A DNA stretch of 64,000 bases from Geosiphon pyriformis uo1 (lineage: Eukaryota > Fungi > Glomeromycota): assembly GCA_016748015.1 (NCBI GenBank), contig JAAOMT010000128.1, positions 1,557,538 to 1,621,537 on the forward strand. Reading direction: 5' to 3'. Below, piece by piece: positions 41,251-53,476 of the stretch. The notes beneath the pieces are model-generated. The model searched no databases and was not told the DNA's origin. It saw nothing but the letters and a program-made list of their open reading frames with translations. Both the position numbers and the translations under genes were made by a program. Each line of letters begins with the position of its first letter. Positions within the stretch are counted from its first letter, which is position 1.

Positions 41251-42560
41251 GTTTTTTTATATTTTGTTAATTTGTTTAATCGTTTAGAAATTTAATTAAT
41301 ATTTATTTTTAATCTTAAGAGAGCATTTAATAATTTTAAATTCTGTTAATTGGTAATTTGCAATTTTTTATTCTTTAAAAATTTTTTTTAATATATTAAT
41401 ATTTTAAAATTGTTATTTGTTTCTTAAATATATAATGTAAATTTATATTAAAGATCATTGTGATATCATTTTTTTAACCAATAACAATATTAAGAATCAT
41501 ACAAAAGATAAATATATACATTTCTTCTAAGACTTATTACTTTTAAATTTAATTTTGTTTAAAGAAAGATATTTACCTAAATCTTTTGTTTGTATCAAAT
41601 ATAAGCAACAACGTTTTTCAAAATTGATGTTCAATGATAAAAAAACAAACATTTTATTTTGCTCAAATGTCTTTTCTATGTTCTATTCCAACAGAAACTC
41701 AAATTAATGATCTTTTCGAATGCATGAAATGGATGGAAATAAAAAAGGTATAAAAACAAGTTTGTTTGTCCAACCACGATTTCGAGATTCTAATGAATCA
41801 TTATGATTCTGCCATTTTCTTTTCTCTCCTGCTAATGATGATATAAATTAATTCCATTTTTATTATCACAAAGGTAACAAATTGAGTTACTATGTAAAGA
41901 TTCAAAATATTACAAAATTCAAATATTTACAAAATTAGAAAATCATTATCGAAATTAAAGGCAGACGTTGAATTAAAACCATGATCGAAGCTAAAGATTG
42001 GATCATTAATTTCTAAAAAAAATCAGATAGAACTCGTACTGCCAATATCATTCACTCACTATAAACTCAAATTATTCTAAGAAGACAAATTCATTTTAGG
42101 AAAGAAACCCCCCCCCCCCATCGTGTAATATTGTCAATTTCTAAAAGTTTACGATTCTTTCCTATGATTAAATCAATCAAAAACCTATAGAGAAACCCTG
42201 TTCTCAATCCATTCTAAAAAGATGAAATATATCGCTGTACATGTAATAATTAAATTTTGTGTGGGTGTATGGGTGTGTGTATGTGTGTGGGTGTATGTGT
42301 TCAGAGGTTTGGCTTCATGCCTAGTGAACCATCTCGATGATGATAATTCGATTGGTCTAATTTACAGGATTTAAGAAGGAGAAAAATGTTTGATGCATCA
42401 ATTATGTATTAAAATTTTCATTTGGGATATGAGGAATGACAGCTTCAAAATATGAGTTCCCCTTGTTTCTGGCAACCGAAATAATGCCAGAGAAATTTTA
42501 ATTCAATATATGAACCGTATAGAAACATCTATTTGAAAATCTATTCGGGAAAGAGCTGTT

Positions 42561-44327
42561 CTAATAATAACGTCGAAGATTAAATGGTGATGTATTTTCA
42601 GTTGATGATGATGGTGATGATGTTGTTGTTGGTGGTGGTGGTGGTGATATTGTTGTCGATGTTGTTGAATTTGATCCGTACATACCAATACCATAATTAG
42701 AACTGGATGGAATTCCAAAAGTGCTATTACTCGTCGTTGTACCATATAATCCTAAACCAGAATTTGAATTGAACCCTCCACCAATTGTTGATCCGAAAGC
42801 GCCACCAAGCGTTGAGCCAGTCATTGAAGTCAAGGTAGTAAAAGCGTTTCCGAGAGTTGATCCACCAAAAAATGTTGCTCCATATCCACCAGGTGAACCA
42901 TATCTCGTTGGGGTCATTGAATAAGCTCCATTTGGGGTTGATGAGTACCCACCAGGAGTCGAGTAACCAGTCGGTGAATCACTCCCACTATTATGTTCAA
43001 AATTATATTCACCAGAATAACTATTTGATTCGCTCATTGAACCAAAATAATCGTATTCACTTGATGATGAACTAGCCATCCTTCGATGACGTCGACTTGC
43101 TGCTGATTGTCTACCGAGATCTTTCATAATTTTTTCTTCACGTTCACGCTCCTCCGCCAACATCATTTCAACTTCTGTGACGTCAACAGTACTAGTTAAA
43201 GCGGCCGTTCCTTCTGCAATCATATCTGCAAGTTTCCCGTTAAATTTTTGAAAATAATCTTCCCCGTTACCTCCTTCTTCTGATTTAAAATTGGAAATTG
43301 CAGGAATTGGTAAATTAGCCCATGATGTTTTACGTCTTAAAGGTCGACCACGACGTACTCGAATTTGACGACGACTGCCTCGTGAATTATTAGCCCCTGT
43401 TGGTGTAGTTGGTGCTGATATTGAATGTCCTTCAGGTTGAATAATGTTCATTGGTTCGGTTGGTTTTGGTCGAGTGGTGAATTGTTCTTGTTCTTGGTTT
43501 GGGTGTTGTTGTATCGTTTCTGGTTCAGCAAATCTCACTGTTGGTGTCCCTGGTCCAAATCTACCCGATTGAGCTGAGGGTGACGGCTATAGTAAAATTG
43601 AAGTGGTCAAAATAAAGTGAAGATTAGCGAAATCACACAAAATCTCATTTTTCATGTACAGAAACTCTTTTGGGAACTTTGTGATGAAATCAATGAATAT
43701 ACATACCATTGACCAGGAACTATCGTATGGTGGTGGTGGTTCTTCGTAGGCGTTCATGTTTGACCAATCGACGACATTCTTTTTGAGGTCAGTTTCAACA
43801 GTTTCTGTGATCTCTTCTTCAATCATATCAAAATCTTCTTCTTCCGCTTTAATTTGCATGATATCGTCACCATAACCGTCAAAAGCCATACTATACCGAT
43901 TATTAAAATGATGGTGATTGTTGGTGACTTGACGTTGTTGTGGTATTTGAGGTAGTATTTGAGGAGGAATTTGAGGACTCGGTACTATGGGTAAACCGTC
44001 AGGTCCAACCACACCCGTAAGTGTTTGATATGCTTCAGAGGCAACTGCTGAAGTGTAGGCTGCAAGTTCAGTAAGTTTATACAAAAAGTTCGTGGCTACT
44101 CCTGGTCTGTGTCGTTTATTTGACGGTAGTTGATTTTCTTCAAATATGGCTTGTTCTTGAAGGCAAAGCTGTGGAGTGTGGTTGTGTTGTGAGGGTGGTT
44201 GTTGCTTTGGAAGTTGAAAATGACTCGCGGCTGCTGCTTGAATGTACTCATTTTCTAGCTCAATACGACGATTCGATTGGGAAGGTGGTGAGTGTGGAAA
44301 GTCGTTTATTGCGTGTGGTGATTGCAT
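42561..44327 (-). CDS. Hypothetical ~548 aa largely disordered protein with PPxY motif and a conserved-looking helix (FNGKLADMIAEGTAALTSTVDV), 2 coding exons
   Basis: Exon 1 44327-43707 and exon 2 43586-42561 join in frame across a GTATGT..TAG intron (..DSSWSM|PSPSAQ..). Contains EEPPPPYD, Q/P/S/G-rich tracts and a basic RRQIRVRRGRPLRRK stretch. A probable 5'UTR intron lies near 44608-44694. Confidence 0.8.
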
Positions 44328-46784
44328 TTTTCCCTAAAATTTTTTATCTCTTACTTGGTTTGCTCTTGTTTCTTTGATAGTTTAACTATTTTATACAGGA
44401 AATTAATAGTAGAAGAGGGAACAAGGTTGTAAAATGTCTTTTTTGCTGCTCTACCTATTCCAGTATTTATTGGCTTGTGTGACCAAAAGGTATTTAAGAC
44501 GATCTCCACTACTTAGAGGAGCAGTCTGAACGAACGATAAATCAAGGAAAAGTTTAGTGTAAAAGCTAATGGGGTGTCACCGATCATGCTAAGTGCTATT
44601 ATTAGGATCTGTTAGAAAAGAAAATTATTAGAGCAAAAATTTCAGTCTCTCATGATTCTCAAAAAAGACAATGTTATCAAGTCTTGTTTCAAACCTGTTT
44701 TTTTGATGCTATCGATTTCTCAAATGGTTCCGGTGAACTGTAATGAAAATTTTTTTGCAGACCAACTTGTTGGAGAAAAAAAAAATTGAAGAGAAAAAAT
44801 TGTTACTTCCTTTCTCTGAAAGTGTATCCCGGTTCACCACCGTTGTCGTTACTTCACACTGCATGAAAAAGTTTTTTCCGAGTTTTCCTAGTAGGTTTAA
44901 TTTAGACAGGAAAGGACTAGACACGGAATGAACGTGCATGGATGGATTTTTGTAGTATGTGGTTGATTTGCATAAAAAAAAAAATCTCACAATATTTAGC
45001 AGATTAAAAATTTTATTTTTGAAAACATTTAATCAATCAATCAATCAATAAATAAATAAATAAATTAATTAATTAATTAATGAACAACAAATTGTTAGAA
45101 AAAAAAAGCATTTATTTTTATATTTTAGAAAATTAGTTAATTATAATTACTGATAAAAAATTCACATGATCGACAAAGATAATTTTAACAATAATCTTTG
45201 ATCTTTTAAATCAAAAAAAAATTTTTGATCATATAATTAACATTGTAAACAATTCATTTATATTGACTTTACGAGTATAAAAATCAATGATTTAATCCAT
45301 GAATGAATATCCACGGATGTATCATAATCAAATCTGTTAAATAAAATGAATTTGTTTTTAGGAGATTAAATATTATTTTAATCATCAAACACCATTTTTT
45401 GATTCGAATAATGTATCCGCTTTGAAAGATTCATTTTCTCCACTTTTCAATTGAAACAATGGGATCTATTAAGGCTTAGAAGTGTGTAAGACTTTGACTC
45501 TAAAATTTTCAGACATAACAAGTAATAAGAATGGTCTTTATTATTACGCTTTTGAAGTCTTTAGTCACTATTTAAAAAAAAATTCCCACCGACCGAAAGT
45601 TTCCGCCAGTCGGAAAGCAAATGAATCAGCAATTGTTTTCATGATCGCTATTACCATGTTCATCGTCATCTCAAGCATTGGTAATCCCCAGATTTTTCCC
45701 CGATGCACCTTCCAATTTCGGAAAATAATTAAAAAATTATTTTCGTTGACGAAATTTGGAAACAATGGAATACGAATTTCATATTCTTGTCATTTGAACC
45801 AAAAAAAAACTTGACAAGTCAATAATATCCTCCGATAGTTTTTTTTAAGCTTTAATTTTGACTTGCGAAACACGTGTTAAATGGCATCAGGATTCAAATT
45901 GAGACATCAACATTGAAAGGAAAATCATTTCCAGATGGTTTTGCGTGCGAAATATTGACTTGAAAACCGAATTTTTTTTTTCGCGAGATTTTTTAAAACA
46001 ATGATCGGTCGTGGTGGTTCACATGTCTCATTTGTGCGATAAACGTTGAAGAAAGGAGAAAATTATCCCTGTTAAAATTCTTGTTTTTTCAACTCTTTTT
46101 GAATTTTGTGAAATCATGTTGGAAGATGCTAACAGTTCTTTGCGTGATGCATGGAAAAAACTACGAATGGTGAGAGTTACCGTTTAGAGATGATGATTTT
46201 CTATGGAACACAAAATTTTATTAACATCTATTATCGGTGCTGGAACACGACGCCGGTATGTACTCCCATACAGATTACCAATCGCAAAATTGATAACGAT
46301 TTTGGGCGTAAAAAGGATATTTCCTTTTCCTCTCGGTGACCTGTACAATGACGAGCATCAACCCGTGAAAGATTTTAGATTTACCTAGATGGTATCAGAT
46401 ATCGTTTAACAATGAATATTTGTAACTGATCAAAAAGCACTTTTTCCAAGAACGGTGAACAATCGTTATTTCAACCGCATATTGTTGTATCGAATCCCCT
46501 TTTTAAATCAGTTTTGATTATCCCAAAAACCGCAGTTTCTTATTTGGCCTTTGTGTCATTTTTGATGACGGTCCCGAAGATGACTGTGATCCCAATATTA
46601 CCGGTATCTAGGACAATCATAAAATCTTTCATGATTGATGAGCCAAGAAAATAAGGTGAGACAATTGAGGCGTAGTTGCTGGGTTTGAGAACTGCGAGAC
46701 AAGGTCATGCGGTTCTTTTTTAGATTAAACGTCACCGCATTAGTTATCAACATTTAACTTTAACCATCAACAGCGATCCCAAGT

Positions 46785-46799
46785 TGAGAGTGAGTGAGT

Positions 46800-46895
<96 letters not shown>

Positions 46896-46906
46896 GAGAG
46901 AGAGAG
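46785..46906. repeat. (GA)n microsatellite
   Basis: Directly visible; it explains the poly-SL ORFs. Confidence 0.95.
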
Positions 46907-47542
46907 GAATAATGCAAGTCAATGAGGAAAAAGTTAAACATGTGAGCGATACGAATGTGACAATGTTGAAGGTTACTGCAGACAATGAAACACTAACTCC
47001 AAAATAATTTTTTGCTTGCTTTATTTTGGAAAATTTTTTTTTGCTTCCCAAGAATTTGCAAAAATTAAAGCATTAGATTTGATCATTTCATTCTTTATAA
47101 TTCTATTACGACTCTTTTTCATATATTATAAATAATTATCAAAAAAAGAATCTTTTTTATCATATTTTAATAATAGTAAAAAATCACTGATAAAAATCAT
47201 AAAATTAATATTTTTTGTACAAATAATTGAATTTCTAAATATTATTTATATGATAAAAATTGCAATTTGTATTTTTTTAAGATCTAAATATTGACCAAAT
47301 AAAAAAAAGAGATTTTAATGATATTAAAAATTATTTAATGTTTTATTATTATTCAAATTGGTTTTTTTAAGATTTATAATTTTAAAAATTTTCATGTTCG
47401 ATTAAATTTAAGATTTAAAATTGCATGATTAGCATTACTAAGCTGACCAATTAAAACCATTTAGTTGAAAAATTTTATAAACACCCACCACCGAATTTAT
47501 ATGTCATTAAAGTTAATCATTGATTTCCCAACTTTTACAAAC

Positions 47543-48055
47543 TTATAATCCAACATCATGCCATATCCTTTGAGCAACAGCTTCATCAACTCGCCACAGC
47601 CTTTGTTGCCCTGGACACTTGATCGGCTCATTTAACGCTCTTACTTCACCAATAATCCAACAATACTGTTGTTTCCCACCATAAGCATCCTCGGGCGCTT
47701 TCCATATCTCCTCATCGGAAACTTCTTCAGCCTTTAAACAAGCCACAAATTTTGCCACCCCTAAAATTTTTCCACAATTCTCGCGAAGCGTGACGGTTGG
47801 TGGGAGGTCCGACCAGTATTGAAGACGAATTGTTTGGCAAGTAGGTTCAGCTGGGTTTAAAAGACGAGGTGAGGCGGCTGCATGGATTGCTAGCCATAAA
47901 CCGTAACCGTTATCGTTATCGTTGTAGTTAGAGATGGTTGGAATGGAAAGTGGGTAAGTACGGTTTTCAATACGCTTTGTACCGTGAATTATGCATGTTC
48001 CATAGGGTTCCAAGACTGTTAAAGCTTTTAGCGATGTAAGACGTGGGGAAGGCAT
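47543..48055 (-). CDS. Stand-alone ASCH (PUA-like) domain protein, intronless, 170 aa
   Basis: KALTVLEPYGTCIIHGTKRIENR contains the ASCH GxKxxExR signature, followed by LAIHAA, GKILGVA and C-terminal PIKCPGQQRLW. ATG at 48055. Confidence 0.85.
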   Translation of the reverse strand: MPSPRLTSLKALTVLEPYGTCIIHGTKRIENRTYPLSIPTISNYNDNDNGYGLWLAIHAAASPRLLNPAEPTCQTIRLQYWSDLPPTVTLRENCGKILGVAKFVACLKAEEVSDEEIWKAPEDAYGGKQQYCWIIGEVRALNEPIKCPGQQRLWRVDEAVAQRIWHDVGL

Positions 48056-48186
48056 TAAAATGAATTGTGAAATTTTGAAATGAAGACGATTGGTCAATAT
48101 AAAATAATGATCCGATCTTAATCGGGAAAGGTATCTCTCGATACTCTGTCGATATATTTTTAACTTGGTATGTTATATGCATAATC

Positions 48187-48219
<33 letters not shown>

Positions 48220-49404
48220 GCTAAGTTAACTTTCCTCAATCATCAAGGTTAAAGGAAATGACGGTGCACTATTTTCAGAATCTCGTTATAGATACCAAAA
48301 TGCAATATTTTTATTTAATTTAATTGAAACATTGTCTACTCAAATTATTACACCTTCAAAAAAATGCTAGAGTTAGAAACCTCGGAACTTTTTGACTCAA
48401 GGTTAGATGATTTTGTTATAAAATGGACCTTAACATGGGAAAGTGCCATTTGATTTTTAGTAACACGACATTCTTATTATTAATTACCACCATATTCGTT
48501 CATTCTCTCAACAAGTTTTTTAAAGTTTGTAAATCTCTCGGTGTTTCCATTCTTGTCGTTCATTCACTTCTTATTTTGATGGATTCTATACATAGTTTAA
48601 TTTAAACAATTTTAATTGGTTTAGGCATGTAGGAAATTCAGCATGTTTCAACAGGGAATTATTTTCCCTGGCTTTGAAACCATATACGTGGATACTGTTT
48701 TAAGACCTTGATTAAATGCGATATTCCCCATTCATTTATAAAGTTCAAAATTTTTACCTTTGTCAGATATCTCTGAAATTGATGGGTTTTTTTATTGAAT
48801 GCACATTAATAAATTATAGGCTATTGTCATGAATAATGCAAATTCTCAAAAATTCTTATGTTTTTTGCTTTGGTTTTTGTTAGGTACTAAATATTTATTA
48901 AAACAAATCCAAATTCAACCTTAAAAATTTTATCGTACAATGTAAAATCTTATTTCAAAGAAAATTTATCATAATCAAAATTCTACACGAATAATATTTA
49001 CAATGGTTTCTGTACTGGGTTTTTTTTTTAACATAAAAACTTTACTTTCCATTTATTTTTTCTACATCTGAAAATTTTGACAGCCTTAAATGAACGAAAT
49101 TCAATTTTAACAGGCGTCAGAATCCTATGGGAATAGTAGCCATGTGAAAGAGAAGATCACCGAATATTTGGTTAGGGATTCGCTAATTTTTTGATTTTTT
49201 GTGATGGTACCATGTGACGTAATGCATTTTATGGTCAGTTGGAAGCCATTGGAAATTTGTTAAAAAAAAAATCATTTAATCAGAAACCTATTTCTTTGGT
49301 CTTTTAAATACTTGGGAGGTATTGAGAGAAATTCATCACCCTCAAGACCGCTTTTTTGATATTAAATTATATAATAAAATATGCGCTCCTCTTTTAACAC
49401 CTTC

Positions 49405-49477
49405 GCCTTCTTAGCTCAGTTGGGAGAGCGTTAGACTGAAGATCTAAAGGTCCTGTGTTCAATCCACAGAGGGGGCA
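49405..49477 (+). tRNA. tRNA-Phe(GAA), intronless
   Basis: Acceptor stem GCCTTCT/AGGGGGC, D arm GCTCAGTTGGGAGAGC, anticodon arm TTAGA-CT-GAA-GA-TCTAA, T arm CTGTG-TTCAATC-CACAG. Confidence 0.95.
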
Positions 49478-49949
49478 ATCAAATTATAATATTTTGTTAT
49501 ATGGAGATTTTTTCGTCAGCCGGAATACTAAAACGTGCGTTTAGTAAATTGAATATAATTTTAAAAAAATTTAAGGTCTTGGATTAAATTTAGTGATTAA
49601 TGAAATCGATAATCCTAAAGAGTAAAAGGTTTACATAAATATATACAAATTAAAAAAAATAATTTCCATTTTTTTTTAACAGAATTCAAAAATTATTTTT
49701 GCCAATCAAATTTCCAAACTAATTGATACATTTTTTTTCATGTTGGCATACTATAGAGCTGTCGAAAAAACCTCTTGGCAAACGAAAAAGGGTTTCATAA
49801 TTGGCAAAAAGAGTTTTTACTATTTTGCGTAACGGGAATATCGAGAAATCTTATTAAAACGTAAAACTATGTAAATACTAAAAAAAGTCTGTCAAAATGT
49901 TAATAAAAGATTTTAATGAAATTCTTTTTTCTCTAATTGTTAATACATT

Positions 49950-52650
49950 GGTTTTTATTTGATTGAAATAAAATATGGAATTGTATAGTTTTTTAATGAA
50001 CTTTAATTTATATTTTGATCTTACCTATATTACCTATATTTTTACATGAAATTTTTAATATGTATTTTTTACTAATAAACTTTAATCCCATATTTTTATC
50101 TTTAGTTTTACTAGTACTTGTAATAATACCAAAATCCAAAAGTTTTTTATTAAATACAACTTTTTTTCAAATATTAATTTTAATAATAACTGTATTAAAT
50201 GTTTCTTTAAACTTAAAAATAAAATATTATTAACAACAATTAAATTTATATAATTAAAAAATAAAACATGTTTAATTATATATTACTAATTTTTAAAGCT
50301 GTACAATCAGAAAAAAAATAACTAACTTGAATTTAAAAGTATTATAAAAAATAATAACAATAAGAACAAAAACTATAATAAATTTTGCAATTTTAAAAAA
50401 TAGTAAAAAATAAGAATTTAACAAGTTTAATATTAATCTTAATATTTAAAAAGACTTCAAATTTTTTTTAATAATTAATATAACTTTTTTAAATACTATT
50501 AAAACTAACTTTTAAACCAATTTTTAAGTTAAATAATAATATAATATGAATAAAAAATAATACATATTAAAACATAACTTATTTTATTTTTAAAACTAGT
50601 AATAATTAATTAAATTTATTTTTATTAAACAATATAATTAAATATTGATACAAAACAAATTCGACAAATATGTTGTTATTATTATCATTTAAAACAAAAA
50701 TAATTGTTATTTATAATCAAAATAAAATTAAATATTATAATTAATACTAGTAATATAATATTGTTAAAAAATTTAACTATATATAAATAAAATCAAGTTT
50801 TAAAAATAGTAATGCTTTAAAAAACACCAAATAAAACTATTTTTTAATATTTAAAAAAGATTTAGTACAGAAAAAGATTGCTTTTTAACTATTTTGACTT
50901 TTTTGATTATTTAAACAACAATAATAAAAAAGTTTAAAAAATAATAACTTTATTACTGATTTATTAATTATTTTAAAATTTTTTATAGTTATAAAAATAA
51001 TATTAAAACTAATTTTAATTTGTTTTTTTAAAAAACTTTTAACTAAAAACAGTTAAAAGCTGTTTTGTTTTAAAAAAAACTTTTTAAGTAATATTACTTT
51101 TAAAAATTATAAAAAAAAATATTTGTTTCTTTTTTTTAATGTTTGTTTTAATTATTATTATTATTAAAACAAAAAAAATCTAAAACTTTTTTTTTATACA
51201 TTCCAAAAATTTTTTAAAAAGCCTAATTTTGAAAAAAAAGTTTTTTATTTTTATTTTTTATTATTATATTTATAATTTTTCAAAAAATAAATTTTTTGGT
51301 AATAGAATTAACAGTTATTTTTAGCAATAATATGTTTAAAAAAAAGGTAACCAATAAATTTTTTTATAATTTGGCTAGTAGTATTTTTTCTTAAAAAAAA
51401 AATTTTAATTGACAATATTAAACATTCAAATAATAATAATAATAAATATTTTAACCAGATTTTTAAATAATTTTAATATATTTTTTAATATAAAAAATAA
51501 TAAAAATATCAATATTTTCTTAATTAATAATAACTACAAATCTAATAAAAATAATAAAAAATTAATATTAAAATTTTTTAATATTAAATAATTTAATAAC
51601 TTTTAATACTTAGAATTTTATTTTTTTAACATAATAATAAGTTTATTTTAATATTTATTATTTTTTTAATAAATTATATTTATGTTTTAATTTTGTATTT
51701 TTTACTAAATTTTTAATATTATAATCTTAGTATTTATTTTTTTTAAATAATTAGTATAACAATAAACAAACAATAAAAAAATAAAAATAAAAAAAATAAA
51801 AATAAAAAATAAAAGTTAGTATTTTATTAATAATTATAATTAAAAGCTATTAATTTAAAGTATTAGTTTTTATAATTATGTTTTTAGTATTTAATGCTTT
51901 TAATAAATATTTTAAATAAGATAAATATTAATAATAGTGTATATAATTTATGAAAATTTTCTTTAATAAAACAATAATTTTTATTAAAAATATTAAATAG
52001 TTGATTTTTAGATATATTTTTATATTATTAAATAAAATATTAGACTGTTTTTTTTCTTTTATTATTATTATTATATACATATATTTTTAATAATACAAAA
52101 TGGTTTGGCATTTTTAGTTATTTTTTAGTTATTTTTTAATTATTTTTTAATTATTTTTGATATTTTTGGCATTTCTGAAATTTTTGGCATTTTTTTTGGA
52201 TTTCTATTATTATATTATCTTCTTAATTCTAATGTTTAATTGGCTAATTTATTATATAATAATAATAATAATAATTTTCCTTATTTTCTATATAAATAAC
52301 AACATATAAAAAGTGTATAAATTATATTTAATTTAAAATACTTTAATATTGTATTATATTAAATAATAATTAAGCTATATTTTATTAAAGCATAATAATA
52401 AAAATATATATTTTCATTAATAAATACAATATATATATATATATAATATAAGATTAATTTTTTAAGTAAATCAATTTAAATAAAAATTACTTAAAAATAA
52501 TTTTATTTTTTATAATTTAAATAATTTTTAATAATTATTTATTAATAAACTATATAATTAAAAGTATTATATAATTTATATTACTGTATAATTTTGATTT
52601 ATTTAAAACTTTTTAGCTATAAATCAATACATTGTTAAAGTTTAATAGAA
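49950..52650 (-). mobile_element. Hypermutated TE relic block: LTR plus leader (from ~52290 leftwards) and probable LINE ORF1 fragment (~50300-51000)
   Basis: Extreme AT content. The reverse complement of 51700-52300 is homologous to 2600-3200 and 28980-29110. 10-11 bp tandem repeats at ~52105-52200 resemble those in the other LTRs. Confidence 0.6.
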
Positions 52651-52702
52651 TATTTGAATTAATTTCTTAATTCACTAAAGTTTATTTTTGTCTATTTTGA
52701 TT

Positions 52703-53476
52703 ATGGCGTACCGCCACGAAACTTACCCAACCACTCCTTTCGTCGATCCAACTCCCTTACCTGACCACATACCACACATTGACGAAGTCGGCTTCTCTTC
52801 GGCCCCCCTAAAGTCTGTCGCCTTTTTCATAGGCGCATTTTGCAAAGAATATAATGAGGACTTCATGTTATGTAAAAATGAGAACAATGACCCGACCCAC
52901 TGTTTAAAGGAGGGTAGAAAGGTTACTAGATGCGCTATTGACTTGTGAGTAGTGTTTTTAGGGCAAAGAAAATTTGTATCAAACTCTTGCGACTTCCTGC
53001 GACGAACTGCATTTTATATTCCTGGTTTCTCAAGTTTTACGTTCGCCTATAACACTGCCTCGCGCTCTCTACTGCCTCTTTCACTTTTATAAGTTCGAGA
53101 TTTCTCTTTTAGCTCATTCTCAATCGCCTCTCTTTACACAAATCAATCCCAATTTTAGAATCCGGCGGATACGTGAAAATTGTGATAAAGAGTTGGATGC
53201 GCACTGGATTTGTCTCGACCGAAATAATCAAGAATACTTTCATTGTAGACCGGAAGAAAAGCCATTAAATGCCTGCGTGTTGAATGCATTGGTAAAAAAA
53301 CGGATATTGGGAGTGGAATTGCAATTTAGGTTATGTGTGTTTACTTTATCAAGTCAGTAAACAAGTTCTTCCATTCCCGATAGAATCTCGAAAAAACAAT
53401 TCCTGGTACACCGAAAGGTCAAGAACCTATTCACCTCAAAAAGAACCCAATCTTTAAACCACGGATTTATGGATGA
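52703..53476 (+). CDS. NDUFA8: NADH:ubiquinone oxidoreductase subunit NDUFA8 (CX9C protein), 3 exons
   Basis: Spliced: MAYRHETYPTTPFVDPTPLP..DEVGFSSAPLKSVAFFIGAFCKEYNEDFMLCKNENNDPTHCLKEGRKVTRCAIDL|IRRIRENCDKELDAHWICLDRNNQEYFHCRPEEKPLNACVLNAL|NLEKTIPGTPKGQEPIHLKKNPIFKPRIYG*. Four CX9C motifs. Confidence 0.95.

Noticed and set aside
20600-41400. AT-rich block as mitochondrial insertion, endosymbiont DNA or alternative-code genes
   Set aside because: It decodes as retrotransposon domains with transition damage and frameshifts. No organellar or bacterial genes are visible, and the short Ile/Asn/Lys/Phe-rich ORFs are mutational by-products.
42503-44377. Overlapping or antisense ORFs within real genes (42503, 42721, 42857, 44120; likewise 14627, 54767, 59608)
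   Set aside because: Shadow frames of genuine coding exons with no independent motifs.
46747-47051. Poly-Ser-Leu ORFs, and poly-Ile ORFs at 18653, 20359 and 47967
   Set aside because: Translations of (GA)n and (TTA)n microsatellites.
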